Below are positions 62,773 through 64,000 of a stretch of 64,000 bases of DNA, one piece after another. Source of the stretch: Camelus ferus (taxonomy: Eukaryota). The position numbers and the translations under genes were made by a program. The number at the start of each line of letters is the position of its first letter. Positions within the stretch are counted from its first letter, which is position 1. Below the pieces are notes generated by a model. The model was not told the DNA's origin and did not search any database. It saw only the letters and a program-made list of their open reading frames with translations. The stretch is from the NCBI RefSeq assembly GCF_009834535.1, contig NC_045711.1, forward strand, positions 40,920,001-40,984,000, in the 5' to 3' direction.

Positions 62773-64000
62773 GATCTCCAAGGTCATTGTGGTGGGGGAC
62801 CTGTCAGTGGGGAAGACTTGTCTCATAAATAGGTAAGAGTTTCCTGGAATGGAGCTGGATTGGGGTGGGCAGGGTGGGGCCAGGCCTAGCCAGGTAGGCT
62901 GGGCTAGGGCCAAGAGCATCTGGTGCCCCCTCAGGTTCTGCAAAGACACTTTTGATAAGAACTACAAAGCCACCATTGGAGTGGACTTTGAGATGGAACG
63001 ATTTGAGGTTTTGGGCGTCCCCTTCAGTCTGCAGCTGTGAGTTCTTCCTCTGCCCCTTCCCACTGTTCCTTCCCCCAGCACCTATATTCCACCTCAGCCA
63101 TCACCACCCCCCTGCCCCATATAAACCTGTGTTTCCCCCTTCCTTCCTTCCAGCTGGGATACCGCGGGACAGGAGAGGTTCAAATGCATTGCATCGACTT
63201 ACTACCGAGGAGCTCAAGGTATGGGTCTGGGTGAAATGGGCTGGTTGGGTGCACCTGGTCTCTCATCTAGGGCTGGGGGAGGATTGTGGAAATGATCCCA
63301 ACAACCTGGGGTTGTTTCTGCCACTCTTCCAGCCATCATCATTGTCTTCAACCTGAATGATGTGGCCTCCCTAGAACATACCAAGTACGTGGGGATGCTG
63401 AGCTATAATGGGGACTCTGGGGAGGAGAGGGTTCAGAAAAGAGGGGGGTTGGGGGCATGGTAGGGAACAAGAATGCATCCAGGACCAAAGAGCACCGGGT
63501 AATCGGGCATACGAGTATCAGCAGGAGAGCCTGGCCATCTCCCTCATCCCTCACTGTCTGTGGTCCACCGTCTATGGCAGGCAGTGGTTAGCTGATGCTC
63601 TCAAGGAGAATGACCCTTCCAGTGTGCTTCTCTTCCTCGTGGGTTCCAAGAAGGATCTGAGTGTGAGTGTGCCAGTGGGGGGACTTCCCGCCTTGGTGAG
63701 GGGAACCCCACCCTCAGCACCTGACTCTGACTTTCCTTCAGACTCCTGCTCAGTATGTGCTGATGGAGAAAGACGCACTCAAGGTGGCCCAAGAGATGAA
63801 GGCCGAGTACTGGGCAGTCTCATCTCTCACTGGTGAGTCAGAGGCCTCCGACCTTCTGTGGCATTCCTGTCTATGTTGCCTCTCACTCCTACACCTCCAA
63901 CTTTGCCCATTGATCCCAGGCCTGGAAATGCTCTGAGCACCTATCTGCTCCCTGTGTCAGGTGAAAACGTCCGGGAATTCTTCTTCCGTGTGGCAGCACT
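61556..64000 (+). CDS. RAB34: Ras-related protein Rab-34 (partial, runs off the window)
   Basis: Exons 61556-61609, 61825-61916, 62767(or 62764)-62832, 62935-63036, 63154-63218, 63333-63384, 63581-63662, 63742-63832, 63961->64000. MNILAPVRRDRVLAELPQ, GDLSVGKT, WDTAGQE, GSKKD motifs. Confidence 0.98.
62270..62600 (-). mobile_element. MIR fragment, apparently interrupted by a small DNA-transposon remnant (MER104-like, about 62370-62432)
   Basis: ATTAACTGAGCATTTACTGTGTCC...GTAACTGAGGCTCAGAGAGATTAAG...AAGTCACACAGCTAGTAAGTG...GCTGGAATTCAAA. Insert AAGATGTATCTGATTTCAGAGTTGTTAAAA; its family call is tentative. Confidence 0.6.

Overview
Mammalian genomic DNA from the gene-dense block syntenic to human 17q11.2, in reversed orientation. 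Gene order: FAM222B (+), TRAF4 (-), NEK8 (-), TLCD1 (+), RPL23A (-, hosting four box C/D snoRNA loci SNORD42B/4A/42A/4B), then RAB34 with its overlapping alternative-frame NARR ORF (+, cut by the window end). Two tRNA-derived SINEs resemble camelid Vic-1, suggesting a camel or alpaca (inference). I traced exons by hand using splice dinucleotides and phase. Spliced lengths: TRAF4 470 aa, NEK8 697 aa, TLCD1 247 aa, RPL23A 156 aa, NARR 188/189 aa. Gene names and human comparisons come from remembered sequences, not database searches. Best leads: (1) a three-way coding arrangement at RAB34; (2) a very weak GC-AG donor just after the NEK8 kinase domain; (3) SNORD4B has lost its C and D boxes but kept its stem; (4) a p53 element and an RFX X-box inside NEK8, just upstream of TRAF4; (5) a uORF-loaded FAM222B leader; (6) back-to-back poly(A) signals for TLCD1 and RPL23A. 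The five N runs look like length-preserving masking, not true gaps. I found no clearly new multi-gene system.
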